This document shows positions 28,073-37,213 of a stretch of 56,181 nucleotides of DNA, one piece after another. The stretch lies in the IMG/VR virus record IMGVR_UViG_3300021420_000040, positions 1 to 56,181 of that record; one strand, 5' to 3'. The DNA comes from a virus. Taxonomy: Duplodnaviria > Caudoviricetes. Numbering within the stretch: position 1 is the stretch's first letter; every line of letters begins with the position of its first letter. The translations under genes were made by a program, and so were the position numbers. Under the pieces are notes generated by a model. The model did no database searches, was not told where the DNA came from, and worked only from the letters and a program-made list of their open reading frames with translations.

Positions 28073-30867
28073 GAGATCACCAAGGGCGTGCCCACTGCTT
28101 TCAAATAGATTTGAAAGTCGAAGCGGCTGAGTTCGAGATGCCCAGACCCGCTGATAACTGCATGGAACCTCAGTCCTTCGATCTTCGGCCCGCAGAACAC
28201 TTCAAAATCTCCCGCCGCCGGAATGGTGTAGCTCCGTGACGGTTTTGCGACTCCGTTTACATAGGGCGTAACAGTTAAAATGGTCGAGCCGCTGGTCTGC
28301 ACCCCACGGATCGCAATTCGACGCCACTGAAGTTTCTGATCTTGGGGATTTCCGAAGGCTTCTGGAGTTTGGACGCTCCAGACTACCGGGGTAACGCTCG
28401 ACGATCCCGTATACCATTCCGCATCTCCGGCCTGCCAGCGTTGCATGGTGCCGTCATTCAACCCCCCGAAAATGGTCAGAGGATTGGACGAAATCGGACG
28501 CACCTGCGTCATTGCACTGATTGAGGAGGGAAGGTCTATCGGTCCGCCCCAGCACTTTAACACAAGATCGTAGTTCAAGATGCGGGTAAGTGCGCCGGCG
28601 GAGTTACCAATCGGAATGGCCATCACGTACATTGGGGGATTGGCCGTCAGGCAGCCCTGCGCAGCCGGAATCCAGTTGGCATCGGCTACAGTGATGTCGG
28701 ATACGTCGTAATCGTTCGTCGGGAAGAGGTATGGCCGCATTTCCTCGGAAATGACCGTATCCTGAACCCCGTCAAAGAGAGCCACCCCAAGGTGAGCATA
28801 TCGAGCCACGCCGTATCCCGGCACAAACCAGATCGACCGGGGAGCGAAACAGCCCATATCGGAACGGATTCTCTGAATCGAGAAGTTCGACGACCCGAAC
28901 ACACCGACAATCTGATACCCGGCATAGTTCTTGAAGGCGACGAGCGAACCCTCGGGAGGGATACCTTGGGCCGAGATGGTGAACGTAGCGAATCCCATGC
29001 CTTCGGTGCCATCGTCCTTATCGAGAAATGCTTGGTTGATCGGATTCCATGAGATCGGGTTATCCACGTCCGACATTCGAATGGAGCATGGCCCATCGAG
29101 GCCCGAAGTCGTGTTCGAAGGGTAGGTATTGAGCACCCAGAGCGACCCGGCATAGACAACAATGTGTCCAGCGCCGGGAGGAGGCGGTGCGGACGACTGA
29201 ATCGAGCCTTGATTGGTCCAGATGATCGTTCCATCGGCTATTTGCTGGCCGAGGACAGCCGCATTGGTCCAGATTGGCTCGGTCCCGCTACTTTCTCCGC
29301 CCTGTGTGGCTTTGAAGTAGTAGGTTTCCGGGATGGCGTTCGGCTGAATGATGCTATTTACCGCGTACTGGGAACTTGCAGCCCAAGGCGGATAGGCCGG
29401 CAAGAATGTGTTGGTGATCGGAGTCGTCGAGACGATAAATGATCCAGTAGAAGCTCCGCCGGAAGCGTTGGGATTGCGAATCTTGAACGTCGATCCTGAA
29501 ACGGATAGAACCTGGAAAACGCCGTCATAACTAGCGTCCGACATGCCTGTAAGAATCACTCCCGACCCAACTGGAAGATTCGTCGAGGTCAATGTGGCCG
29601 AAGTGGTGACGGTGACTTGATCGTGCGACACCGATACCGACGTGATTGGAGCGGCAGTACCTCCGACTCCACCGAAGGCCGGATTTACACTCGTTCCTGT
29701 CGCATCGGAATAAAGCTGTGGCGGATAACCGTTCCCGAGGGCAATGGCGACTCGATTCGTGAACTGAACCATCTGCGGTAGTATCGAAACAAGCCCGACC
29801 ACCCCTCCCGAGGGAGTTGACGAGCCTTGTCCCGTGATCCCTGGTCCAGTCGTGCCGCCGCCACCCGCCCCCCCTGACGGGGCTTGTCCAAATCCATTCA
29901 AGAAGCGCGGAAAGTAAGCAACGATATTGGCGCTAGTGTACGACACTGGAATAGGTCCCGATGGCATGACGAACAGCGCTGTTTGCGAGGTCGTATCTGA
30001 TCCCGGAGGGCTGTTTCCTGCGGAAATATTTCCTTCCACGGAAGCTACGCCGGTATCTAACCCCCCAGCGACGATCATCTTGGCCCCGGAGATTGGATTG
30101 TTACTCACGGCTAATATTGTCCAAATTCCATCTAATGAAGCTGGCGTGAAGCCGGTGGCATCAACCGTCGTTCCCACTGCTGGGAAGCTGGCGAATGCAG
30201 AGGAAGGGAATGAGTACTGAATCACATTTTGACCGCCTTGGATGAAAGAATTAGTGAGCGATGGAGTCTGACTGAACGCCACTGCGTTTCCTAAGTCAAC
30301 AAAGGTGGTTTGCAAAGTGAGTGGATATGGCTGGGGCACAGGCAATCCTAAGCCTGATAGTAGAATCTCTCCTGCCGCCGGACCTCGGTAGATGTTGTAG
30401 CCAAAGGCCCCTGGGACCGTATTCCAACTGAGATTCACTTTATGATTGGCAGCAATTGTGATGTTCGCCGGCGCAGACGCCATCGTTTCTCCACCCACTC
30501 CGTCAATGGCTGTCACGATGTAAAAATAGGTCCCGGCTGCAAGTGAACCGCCCGCGCCACCATCAGCAGCCGCTAGGTTGGCCACGGCTCCCAATGGCCG
30601 GTCGAGTGCCTGCTTAATAGCCAGATAATAGGAATTGACTCCCGTCGGAGCAAATAGGAAATCTTCGAGGAATCGGCCAGCAGTAGTCTGGATTGCTCCA
30701 TTTAGCCAGTTGATGATTGCCGACCCGTCGCAATCGGTCAGCGCTCCCCGATTGGTCATAATTAGGTTCGAGGCGCGAGACACGGCTCCCTTGGGGATGG
30801 TGAAAGGGTCTGTCTCCGCGTGGACGCCGCGAAGGAAGGGACCGAAATTGAGAGGCTTAAGCGCCAT
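28069..30867 (-). CDS. Tail tubular/nozzle protein (P22 gp10 / T7 gp12-like) with inserted domains
   Basis: 932 aa; beta-propeller-like C-terminal half (GCFAPRSI, GVALFDG..ISE); synteny. Confidence 0.65.
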   Translation of the reverse strand: MALKPLNFGPFLRGVHAETDPFTIPKGAVSRASNLIMTNRGALTDCDGSAIINWLNGAIQTTAGRFLEDFLFAPTGVNSYYLAIKQALDRPLGAVANLAAADGGAGGSLAAGTYFYIVTAIDGVGGETMASAPANITIAANHKVNLSWNTVPGAFGYNIYRGPAAGEILLSGLGLPVPQPYPLTLQTTFVDLGNAVAFSQTPSLTNSFIQGGQNVIQYSFPSSAFASFPAVGTTVDATGFTPASLDGIWTILAVSNNPISGAKMIVAGGLDTGVASVEGNISAGNSPPGSDTTSQTALFVMPSGPIPVSYTSANIVAYFPRFLNGFGQAPSGGAGGGGTTGPGITGQGSSTPSGGVVGLVSILPQMVQFTNRVAIALGNGYPPQLYSDATGTSVNPAFGGVGGTAAPITSVSVSHDQVTVTTSATLTSTNLPVGSGVILTGMSDASYDGVFQVLSVSGSTFKIRNPNASGGASTGSFIVSTTPITNTFLPAYPPWAASSQYAVNSIIQPNAIPETYYFKATQGGESSGTEPIWTNAAVLGQQIADGTIIWTNQGSIQSSAPPPPGAGHIVVYAGSLWVLNTYPSNTTSGLDGPCSIRMSDVDNPISWNPINQAFLDKDDGTEGMGFATFTISAQGIPPEGSLVAFKNYAGYQIVGVFGSSNFSIQRIRSDMGCFAPRSIWFVPGYGVARYAHLGVALFDGVQDTVISEEMRPYLFPTNDYDVSDITVADANWIPAAQGCLTANPPMYVMAIPIGNSAGALTRILNYDLVLKCWGGPIDLPSSISAMTQVRPISSNPLTIFGGLNDGTMQRWQAGDAEWYTGSSSVTPVVWSVQTPEAFGNPQDQKLQWRRIAIRGVQTSGSTILTVTPYVNGVAKPSRSYTIPAAGDFEVFCGPKIEGLRFHAVISGSGHLELSRFDFQIYLKAVGTPLVIS

Positions 30868-32103
30868 TTAAGGAATTACCCACCCTCCGCCGAGATTGTA
30901 GGTGACCTCAAGTTGGTTCCCCACATCTCCAATCTGTTTTGGCCCGGTGGTAACCATGTTTTGCTTAAACCAACTGGTCAGACTCGTTTCGAAGTCCTTC
31001 TTGAGTGCTTGGTAGCCCTGCACGTCCTGTTCCGCCAGCTTCACCCGGGCGAGTCCGTAAATCGGCATGAGTGGACTCCAATCATCGGGTATGAATACGG
31101 TGCTCGTGGCTTGACCGGGCTGATAGTTAATCTGGAATGACCGCCAGCCGTGAAAGAAGAGATTCAGTTCGAGCACCGGAGCGCCGACATTGTGAGGCAC
31201 AGCAATAGTTCCGCCGAGTCCTCGGATTAAGTTTTGAAATGTGTTTGCCGATTGCCCGTTGTAGGCCATCATCTCCGAATCGACCTGAATCATCCCGTCG
31301 GTCAGAAGGAATCCGCCGATGTTGGTAGCCGGAGCGTTCGTTTGAATGGCTGTCATGCCGCTCGATAGCGTCGTCGATGATCCGCTTCGGGCTGGTTGTG
31401 GCCAGACTTCGAGCATCATGCGGTCAGTAAGAAGCGTGGTGGCCACTTGGGTCAGAACGGAAGCTGTGATCGAATTTCTGCGAAAGAAATTGCCGGATTT
31501 GTCGGGCATGAGCGGGTACCCGTCATACCAGACATCGGGAATCGACTCCCATTTCCCGTTGATGACATACATCGGCTGTCCGACCTGCGTTTGCACGCCC
31601 GAATAGTCGATCAGCCCTCCGCAGATCGCGCTGGCAAGAGTCAGGCAATCATTCACCCAGTTAAATAAAGTCCAGGCCGAGAAGCTGTCACCATTCGTGT
31701 CCGGCAAATAGGCTGTATTCCGAGTGGGAGGAGCCGAGGGAACGGTTCCGCCCGTCGTCACGTTGACAACCCCATTCGATGCAGCGGGTATCGGGAGATA
31801 GGATGTTTCCGTTCCCGCCCCGAGATACCCGATATACACGTTGACGTTGACCGTTCCGGGAGGAGACACTACGATCATGTCGATGGCGTTCTGACCCCCG
31901 GAAAGAGTGACAGACTCTTCGGCGGTAGGAGTCGTCTCCCCCCATTGATTCGTAGCGGTGACTTGAATGAAGTAAGTCCCGGGGGTAAGCGTGGCTCCGG
32001 CAGTTGTGGCAGCGACCATCGAGGTGATGATCGGGACAGAAAGCGTCTGCGGCTGGTCGGTAATCGCCTCTCGAATCGCTTGGACAATATCACCTACGAG
32101 CAT
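30868..32103 (-). CDS. Head-tail adaptor (tail tubular A-like) with inserted domains
   Basis: MLVGDIVQAIR start, LEVWPQP, IPDDW..L..YGLA; synteny. Confidence 0.6.
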   Translation of the reverse strand: MLVGDIVQAIREAITDQPQTLSVPIITSMVAATTAGATLTPGTYFIQVTATNQWGETTPTAEESVTLSGGQNAIDMIVVSPPGTVNVNVYIGYLGAGTETSYLPIPAASNGVVNVTTGGTVPSAPPTRNTAYLPDTNGDSFSAWTLFNWVNDCLTLASAICGGLIDYSGVQTQVGQPMYVINGKWESIPDVWYDGYPLMPDKSGNFFRRNSITASVLTQVATTLLTDRMMLEVWPQPARSGSSTTLSSGMTAIQTNAPATNIGGFLLTDGMIQVDSEMMAYNGQSANTFQNLIRGLGGTIAVPHNVGAPVLELNLFFHGWRSFQINYQPGQATSTVFIPDDWSPLMPIYGLARVKLAEQDVQGYQALKKDFETSLTSWFKQNMVTTGPKQIGDVGNQLEVTYNLGGGWVIP

Positions 32104-32113
32104 TGTCTCTCCC

Positions 32114-32158
32114 TAAAAAAGAACGCGGGGCTTGGGCCTGACGGCCTCGGCCCCGCGC
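32114..32158 (-). terminator. Rho-independent terminator after the capsid decoration genes
   Basis: cgcggggc...gccccgcg stem followed by ttctttttt on the minus strand. Confidence 0.75.
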
Positions 32159-32177
32159 ATGCCGGAATAACCTCGTT

Positions 32178-32636
32178 TTAAGCCTCGCCGTAGACCTCGA
32201 CATCCATCGTGGCCGCTGGAGAAGTTCCGCCGAGCGTCGGAGTAACGTTGACGACCATTGCCGGCGAGTTTCCAGGTCCAAGCAAAGTTCCGGTCGCTCC
32301 GCCGCCGGCGGTCGAGAAGTCCACGAGGAAGTTAAACACGCCGTCATAGTAGGCCGTCGAACTGAGCGTGACGGCAGTCGAGAAGTTTCGATCTTCGACT
32401 ACCACCGTGTTCGTGCCGTCGGTGATGGCAATCTGGAGTTTCGTGAGTGTCGGAGTGGTGCCGGCCCCATTGTAAATCTTGACCCGAACCTTGCCCCGAT
32501 ACACGGGTTGGGCAAGCGACCCCGTAGAAGGGACTGCCGACGCCGATCCCGAAACAACGGCAATAGCAGTTCGGGAGACTAGAAACCCAGAACCGTATCC
32601 CGGTCCTGCGGTTGCGACAGAGTTCACAATGGCCAT
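32178..32636 (-). CDS. Capsid decoration-like protein, paralog 2
   Basis: AAGGAG RBS; shares KIYNGAGT, DGTNTV and LGGTSPAATMD with 32648..33103. Confidence 0.65.
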   Translation of the reverse strand: MAIVNSVATAGPGYGSGFLVSRTAIAVVSGSASAVPSTGSLAQPVYRGKVRVKIYNGAGTTPTLTKLQIAITDGTNTVVVEDRNFSTAVTLSSTAYYDGVFNFLVDFSTAGGGATGTLLGPGNSPAMVVNVTPTLGGTSPAATMDVEVYGEA

Positions 32637-32647
32637 AACTGCTCCTT

Positions 32648-33103
32648 TTACGGTACTTTCAACATCTCAATATCCATCGTCGCGGCCGGCGAAGTTCCAC
32701 CAAGCGTTGTAATCACTGAAATTGACGTTGCCCCAGTCGTGGAAAGCGTTCCCGTCGATCCTCCGCCAGCCACCGTCGTGTCGATCAGAAATGGCAGCAC
32801 CACATCGAGAAAAGCCGTCGAGGAAAGCGAAGCCGCGACTCCGGGATGCCAAGAGGCCATCGTTACCGTGTTCGTTCCGTCGCTCGCCGTGATCTTGATG
32901 TCGGTCACTGTCGGCGAAGTGCCGGCCCCGTTGTAAATCTTGATCCTGATCCATCCCACATAAAACGGAAGAATAAAAGTCCCCGTAGCGGGGAGCGAAT
33001 TCGTCTGCGGGTTCGTCCCGGACAGGGCAATCGCATAACTCTGCGGATTCCCGGAAGTCCCGAATCCGAGGCCAATGTCCGTTACGTGGTTTTGGATCGA
33101 CAT
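32648..33103 (-). CDS. Capsid decoration-like protein, paralog 1
   Basis: Paralog of 32178..32636; downstream of the major capsid gene. Confidence 0.65.
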   Translation of the reverse strand: MSIQNHVTDIGLGFGTSGNPQSYAIALSGTNPQTNSLPATGTFILPFYVGWIRIKIYNGAGTSPTVTDIKITASDGTNTVTMASWHPGVAASLSSTAFLDVVLPFLIDTTVAGGGSTGTLSTTGATSISVITTLGGTSPAATMDIEMLKVP

Positions 33104-33109
33104 GGGGAG

Positions 33110-33565
33110 TTAGATTCTCTTCAACTCCGACAGTTGATCTCGCAGTTTGTCTCGCTCGGTCAATTCGCCTTCCGCGAAACCGCGCCGTCCTCTTTTGTTT
33201 GTGAATGTGTCCCTGAAAATCAACGCAACTTCCGCCTGCTTTCTTTTCACCAAGAAATATGGCAAGCAGAATCGGAGAACATCTTCGGCAGCCTTGGAGT
33301 GGACTATCCAATTAAAGCAGAGCCGATCTGACAATTTATTGGACTTTGCGCTCTGCTTTCCTATATATCCGCCGAAGTGTTCTTTGAGCCACTGCATCAA
33401 CCCGAGGTCTGTATTGGAAACCACGACTCTCAGGCGATGATAAACAAGCGCACCGTTCCTGCGTCCTTTTTGGCGGCACGCCCGAGTGATGAAAATGCAT
33501 CCCTCTGTGTCAATTAGCGTTGCCAGCCTCGCGATGTCCACTTCGTTGTTCATCGTCCCCTCCAT
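33110..33565 (-). CDS. Free-standing LAGLIDADG homing endonuclease
   Basis: RLATLIDTEGCI, VSNTD, FGG.I, LPYFLVKRKQA. Confidence 0.88.
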   Translation of the reverse strand: MEGTMNNEVDIARLATLIDTEGCIFITRACRQKGRRNGALVYHRLRVVVSNTDLGLMQWLKEHFGGYIGKQSAKSNKLSDRLCFNWIVHSKAAEDVLRFCLPYFLVKRKQAEVALIFRDTFTNKRGRRGFAEGELTERDKLRDQLSELKRI

Positions 33566-33598
33566 GCTGGGAGTATATCACAGCATGGCTATTTACTA

Positions 33599-34523
33599 CT
33601 ATGTAATATTCGTTATCTTCACGCCCATACGGGGTGACAGATCAGCTAGTTGCCACGTGAGATAAATGTTCGAAACTAATACGCGCTGATTGCTTGGTTT
33701 GACCCAGGGATCGATGACGAAGTAGTCCGCTTCGTGGAAGGTGGGGAAGAGGTATTTCGAGTTCATTATGTAAGCAACGTTCGCCAAGCAGTTGCGATCC
33801 GCCAGCACGATACAGTTGTTAAACAGGAAGTGGTAGCGGAACCCGGCTTGCAGGGCTTCCTTGTCCTGGAGATTGTTCTCGTAGCGCTGGTAGGTAGCGA
33901 AGGCTTGTTTGAAGTTCGCGTATCGGGTATTGTCCATCACCATCAGGTCGGGTTCGTCGTAGCCGAACACTGTAGACCAGTACGCTGTGTCGGCGTTGGC
34001 TGCGGTCAAGTTTGCCGAGCCTCCGGAGACGTTGGCCTGCGGTTGCCAGAAGGTGTTGCCGGCGGTCGAGCGGTTGATGCCGGCGATGGTGTTGGTGGTT
34101 TGGCCGATCCACTGGTCGATGTTGTCGATGTCGAGCGAAGTGTTCTGCGGAGCCACGCCGTAGAGAGCGCGTGCGAGCTTCTGCATGAACGAGCCGGCAG
34201 CCGTCTGGAATTTCTGCCGAACGATGTCCACGCCGGCATACCCGCCGCGACCGAGAATGATGTCGGTGTAGGGCAGCACGACGGCTTCGTAGTAGAAGCG
34301 CCATTGCTGCTCGGCGGGCTGCACTACATCCTGGAGCGCGGTGTTCAAAAGCTGCGCGCCGTAGTAAGCGCCTCCAGTCGTTTCCTCCGAGAAGAATTCC
34401 GGGTACACGAGAGCGCCGCCGGCCATCTTCTTGCCGCGCCGGACGAGTGCCCACAGAGTAGGACTTGGCAAAAGCACCTGATCGCCTAAAACCGGGGCCA
34501 CGAACTTAGTTACGATAGCTTGG
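33599..34523 (-). CDS. Major capsid protein, exon 2
   Basis: HK97-like motifs (AGINRST..FWQ, EPDLMV, F...IVLAD); open frame extends upstream of 34501 as QAIVTKF. Confidence 0.85.
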
Positions 34524-34720
34524 CAGCCTTGTTACCGCTTTCGCGGGAGCGATCATTTCTGTCGCCCTCTCACGGTTCAATTCCCGTGAAGCTCGGACTA
34601 TTGCATCGCTATCTCTAGCGCCCTCTCGCTTAGTCTCTCACGGTCCCTTTTGGGTTCCGCCTCGTTGGCATCTCAGCGTTCGAGTCAATCAGAGAGGGTT
34701 TAGACACCGCCCTTTAGTTA
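34524..34720 (-). ncRNA. Group I self-splicing intron, about 197 nt, no ORF
   Basis: P1 exon ACACCGU with GCGGUGU; P3 CCCUCUC/GAGAGGG; P7 GACUA/UAGUC; P8 CGCUA-gaga-UAGCG; P9 hairpins; terminal G; splicing restores the frame. Confidence 0.88.
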
Positions 34721-34779
34721 ACGGTGTTCACAAGCTGCGCTGGGGGACTGGCTATACCAGTTCCGGTTACGCTTGACAT
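34721..34779 (-). CDS. Major capsid protein, exon 1
   Basis: AAGGAG RBS; MSSVTGTGIASPPAQLVNT, then an in-frame stop unless spliced. Confidence 0.82.
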
Positions 34780-34781
34780 TG

Positions 34782-34810
34782 TTGACGCTCCTTCAACATT
34801 GGCGTATACT
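34782..34810 (+). promoter_or_regulatory. Sigma70-like promoter for a leaderless HNH gene
   Basis: TTGACG-17-TATACT, 7 nt before ATG 34818. Confidence 0.7.
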
Positions 34811-34817
34811 TCTCGGC

Positions 34818-35342
34818 ATGACCCCCGAAGAGAAGAAAAAGGCCATGCAAAGATTTTTCGAAGCGCATCCCGATTACCACCGTGATTACTACCGAAAGAA
34901 TCGGGAGGCTTGTAAAGCGAAGCGCCGCAAGTCCTACGCTCGACGCTCCGGAAAAGAACGGTCCTATCAGCAAACCTACTACGCTGAAAATAGGGAGAAA
35001 ATCTTGGAAAAACAAAAGACCAACACAAAGCGCAAAGAGTATTTCAAAAACTACTACCGTGAACTCAAGAAGAGAGTGATAGCCGCGTATGGAGGCAAGT
35101 GTGAATGTTGCTCCATTGATGCGTTCGAATTCCTTACCGTTGACCATATCGAGGGTGGTGGGCATCGAGAAAGAAAATCCAGCAGCACTGGTGCCGGATT
35201 CTACGCCCGACTCGAAAAGTTGGGATTCCCAAAGGAGAAATACAGATTGCTCTGTATGAACTGCAATTTTTCCATCGGGATTTATGGTTACTGTCCTCAT
35301 AAGCTCAATAAGGCGCTCGGCTATAATCCAGTATTTAGTTAG
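34818..35342 (+). CDS. HNH-type endonuclease, inverted in the head operon
   Basis: YGGKCECC...LTVDHI.GGG...LLCMNCN; basic YY repeats at the N-terminus. Confidence 0.8.
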   Translation: MTPEEKKKAMQRFFEAHPDYHRDYYRKNREACKAKRRKSYARRSGKERSYQQTYYAENREKILEKQKTNTKRKEYFKNYYRELKKRVIAAYGGKCECCSIDAFEFLTVDHIEGGGHRERKSSSTGAGFYARLEKLGFPKEKYRLLCMNCNFSIGIYGYCPHKLNKALGYNPVFS

Positions 35343-36099
35343 TGTTTCCCTCGAAGGCTGCCCGAACGTCGGGATCATTCATCACCACGTCGCTCGTCAA
35401 CTCTTCGATCTTCGAAATCGGGGGCTTCTCGGCATTTTTCTGTGTTCGGAATCGAGCCTGAGAGCCGGGCTTCGCGTTCTGCGCGACCGCCTGTTCCTTC
35501 TGCCACTCTTTCTTCGCCTCTTCGATCTTTTGGTCGGCGTAGGCTTTCATGCGCTCGGGTTCGGTTTCCTTCTCGATGATCTTTTCGAGCGTCGGCAGGT
35601 TGTAGCCATCGACATGCTTCTCCGAGACGGCGCGCTTGGCCAAATCTTCGAACTTCATGGCCTTCCGGATGCTCTCTGGGGCCGCGTTGTACTGGCCGCG
35701 CATGCGTTCGAGGGCATAGATGGCCTGAGCATTGTCGAGAGCCTTCTGTTGGGCTGCGATGGTCTGATTCAGCTTCTCGACCACGGCATTGAACTTGTCG
35801 AGTTCCGAGGCGACCGGCTGATAGAAGGGGTCTTTTCGCCAATCTTCACCGCCGGCGGCGGGTTCCTTGGGTTTCCCCGCTTTTTCCGCCTGTTCCTGAA
35901 GGCTTTGAAGCAAAGTGGCTGCTTGGGCGGCAAGCTTTTCGGCTTCTTGACGCTTCTGGGCAGCAGTCTGTTTTTCGCCTTCTGCCATCCTCGAAAGTGA
36001 CCGCAAATCGGCGAGGGAAAACTTCACGCCCGAGGCGTCGGTGAATTCGGTCGTGTCATTCAGTTGCGCGTTGGCAATAATTTCTTGCAGAGTGGCCAT
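35335..36099 (-). CDS. Putative scaffolding protein
   Basis: Coiled-coil and charged, upstream of the capsid gene; AGGAG RBS. Confidence 0.7.
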   Translation of the reverse strand: MATLQEIIANAQLNDTTEFTDASGVKFSLADLRSLSRMAEGEKQTAAQKRQEAEKLAAQAATLLQSLQEQAEKAGKPKEPAAGGEDWRKDPFYQPVASELDKFNAVVEKLNQTIAAQQKALDNAQAIYALERMRGQYNAAPESIRKAMKFEDLAKRAVSEKHVDGYNLPTLEKIIEKETEPERMKAYADQKIEEAKKEWQKEQAVAQNAKPGSQARFRTQKNAEKPPISKIEELTSDVVMNDPDVRAAFEGNTN

Positions 36100-36100
36100 A

Positions 36101-36508
36101 CTAGACTCCTTGTCCTGAAGCCATCACCGGCGATGGAGCACTCACGCTCCCCGGTGGCTGTGGGCGCGGGATGGCCGAAAGTTGAATCGGTCCCCCTGTC
36201 GCCTGGGCCGTAGCCTGAGCAGTCTGGAGTTCCTTGATCGCTGCATCCAGACCTTTAAGCGTTCCAGCAAGAGCGCGAGCAGCACCAGGAATGCGCATAG
36301 AGAGAGAAGCAATGTTGTTCGAAATCGACTGCTTGATCGAATTGATTTCCTTGAGCGCGTAAGCAGGGTCGGCCCCCTGTAACTGTGCCGAAGCATTGCC
36401 CACTTCCGAGTCGGCGGGACCCGCACCAGTAGCTCCGGTGCCTGCTCCGCCTTGCTGCTTGGCCGCAAGCATCGCCATGAGCGCCGGGCCGATGCCGCCA
36501 CTAGCCAC
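36101..36508 (-). CDS. Hypothetical head-region protein (start approximate)
   Basis: Ala/Gly/Gln-rich; GTG overlaps the upstream stop. Confidence 0.6.
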   Translation of the reverse strand: MASGGIGPALMAMLAAKQQGGAGTGATGAGPADSEVGNASAQLQGADPAYALKEINSIKQSISNNIASLSMRIPGAARALAGTLKGLDAAIKELQTAQATAQATGGPIQLSAIPRPQPPGSVSAPSPVMASGQGV

Positions 36509-36695
36509 GCGAAGGATTCTTTCCGCCGCGAGACGAATTCCCGCGATCAAGCCCATGAGCCAAGTCCATCGGATCGGGCGGGTCGATTTCGACCGGCGGA
36601 TTGGCCGTATCCGGATCGTTCTTGGTCCGGTTGCCCTCTTCGTCGATGGGGGTAATGAACAGGTCGTACTTTTTGCTTGAAAACTTTTCCGGCAT
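36501..36695 (-). CDS. Hypothetical protein
   Basis: AGGAGG RBS; MPEKFSSKKYDLF... Confidence 0.65.
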   Translation of the reverse strand: MPEKFSSKKYDLFITPIDEEGNRTKNDPDTANPPVEIDPPDPMDLAHGLDRGNSSRGGKNPSRG

Positions 36696-36771
36696 TTCGT
36701 TCCTCCTAATATGCAGGGATGCGCCGCAAGTCACATCCCCACCAGACCTTCCCAAATTGTCTGCGGCCTAA

Positions 36772-36813
36772 CTACTTGCGCTTTCCGCCGCGGTGATGTT
36801 TACGTCGAGCCAT
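36772..36813 (-). CDS. 13-aa basic micropeptide MARRKHHRGGKRK
   Basis: AAAGGAG 9 nt upstream of the ATG. Confidence 0.55.
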   Translation of the reverse strand: MARRKHHRGGKRK

Positions 36814-36887
36814 TCTGTGCGTCTCCTTTCTCGCCTACCTCATTCCGAATGCTCGGAAGAGTCGCAAATAGGTAAGCGATTAAAACT

Positions 36888-36944
36888 CTAACGACGGGTT
36901 CCGGTCTTCCGCATCCCGCGCTTCCACGCGCCGCGCTTTTTCAA
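36888..36944 (-). CDS. 18-aa basic micropeptide
   Basis: GGGAGG RBS; TTG overlaps the upstream stop; MKKRGAWKRGMRKTGTRR. Confidence 0.45.
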   Translation of the reverse strand: MKKRGAWKRGMRKTGTRR

Positions 36945-37198
36945 TTGACCCTCCCATCGTCGTAATAATTCTTCGGATTCCGGGCATCTCCGAACTTCTC
37001 GATCATGTTGATGGCTCCCCGAAACGCATACTCAATTACTTCATCTTCATCAGAGGGATTCCGCATTTGGGTTTTGTGAAGCTGGAAAGGAAGGGCGGGA
37101 ACGCCATCTATCGCTACTCGGACGGAACGCCATCCGTTCTCATCCCAGAAAGGATCAAGTTCGAGAAGTTCGAATTTCGTTCGGTGATCCGATTGCAC
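36941..37198 (-). CDS. Hypothetical protein
   Basis: 85 aa ORF in the operon. Confidence 0.6.
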   Translation of the reverse strand: MQSDHRTKFELLELDPFWDENGWRSVRVAIDGVPALPFQLHKTQMRNPSDEDEVIEYAFRGAINMIEKFGDARNPKNYYDDGRVN

Positions 37199-37213
37199 GC
37201 GGAGAGTTTTGCT

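Noticed and set aside
33110-33565. LAGLIDADG as intron-encoded or intein
   Set aside because: It lies after the capsid stop with its own start; no flanking intron core or intein termini seen
34767-35378. 203-aa minus-strand membrane-like ORF
   Set aside because: Antisense shadow of the A-rich HNH gene, which has clear motifs and a promoter
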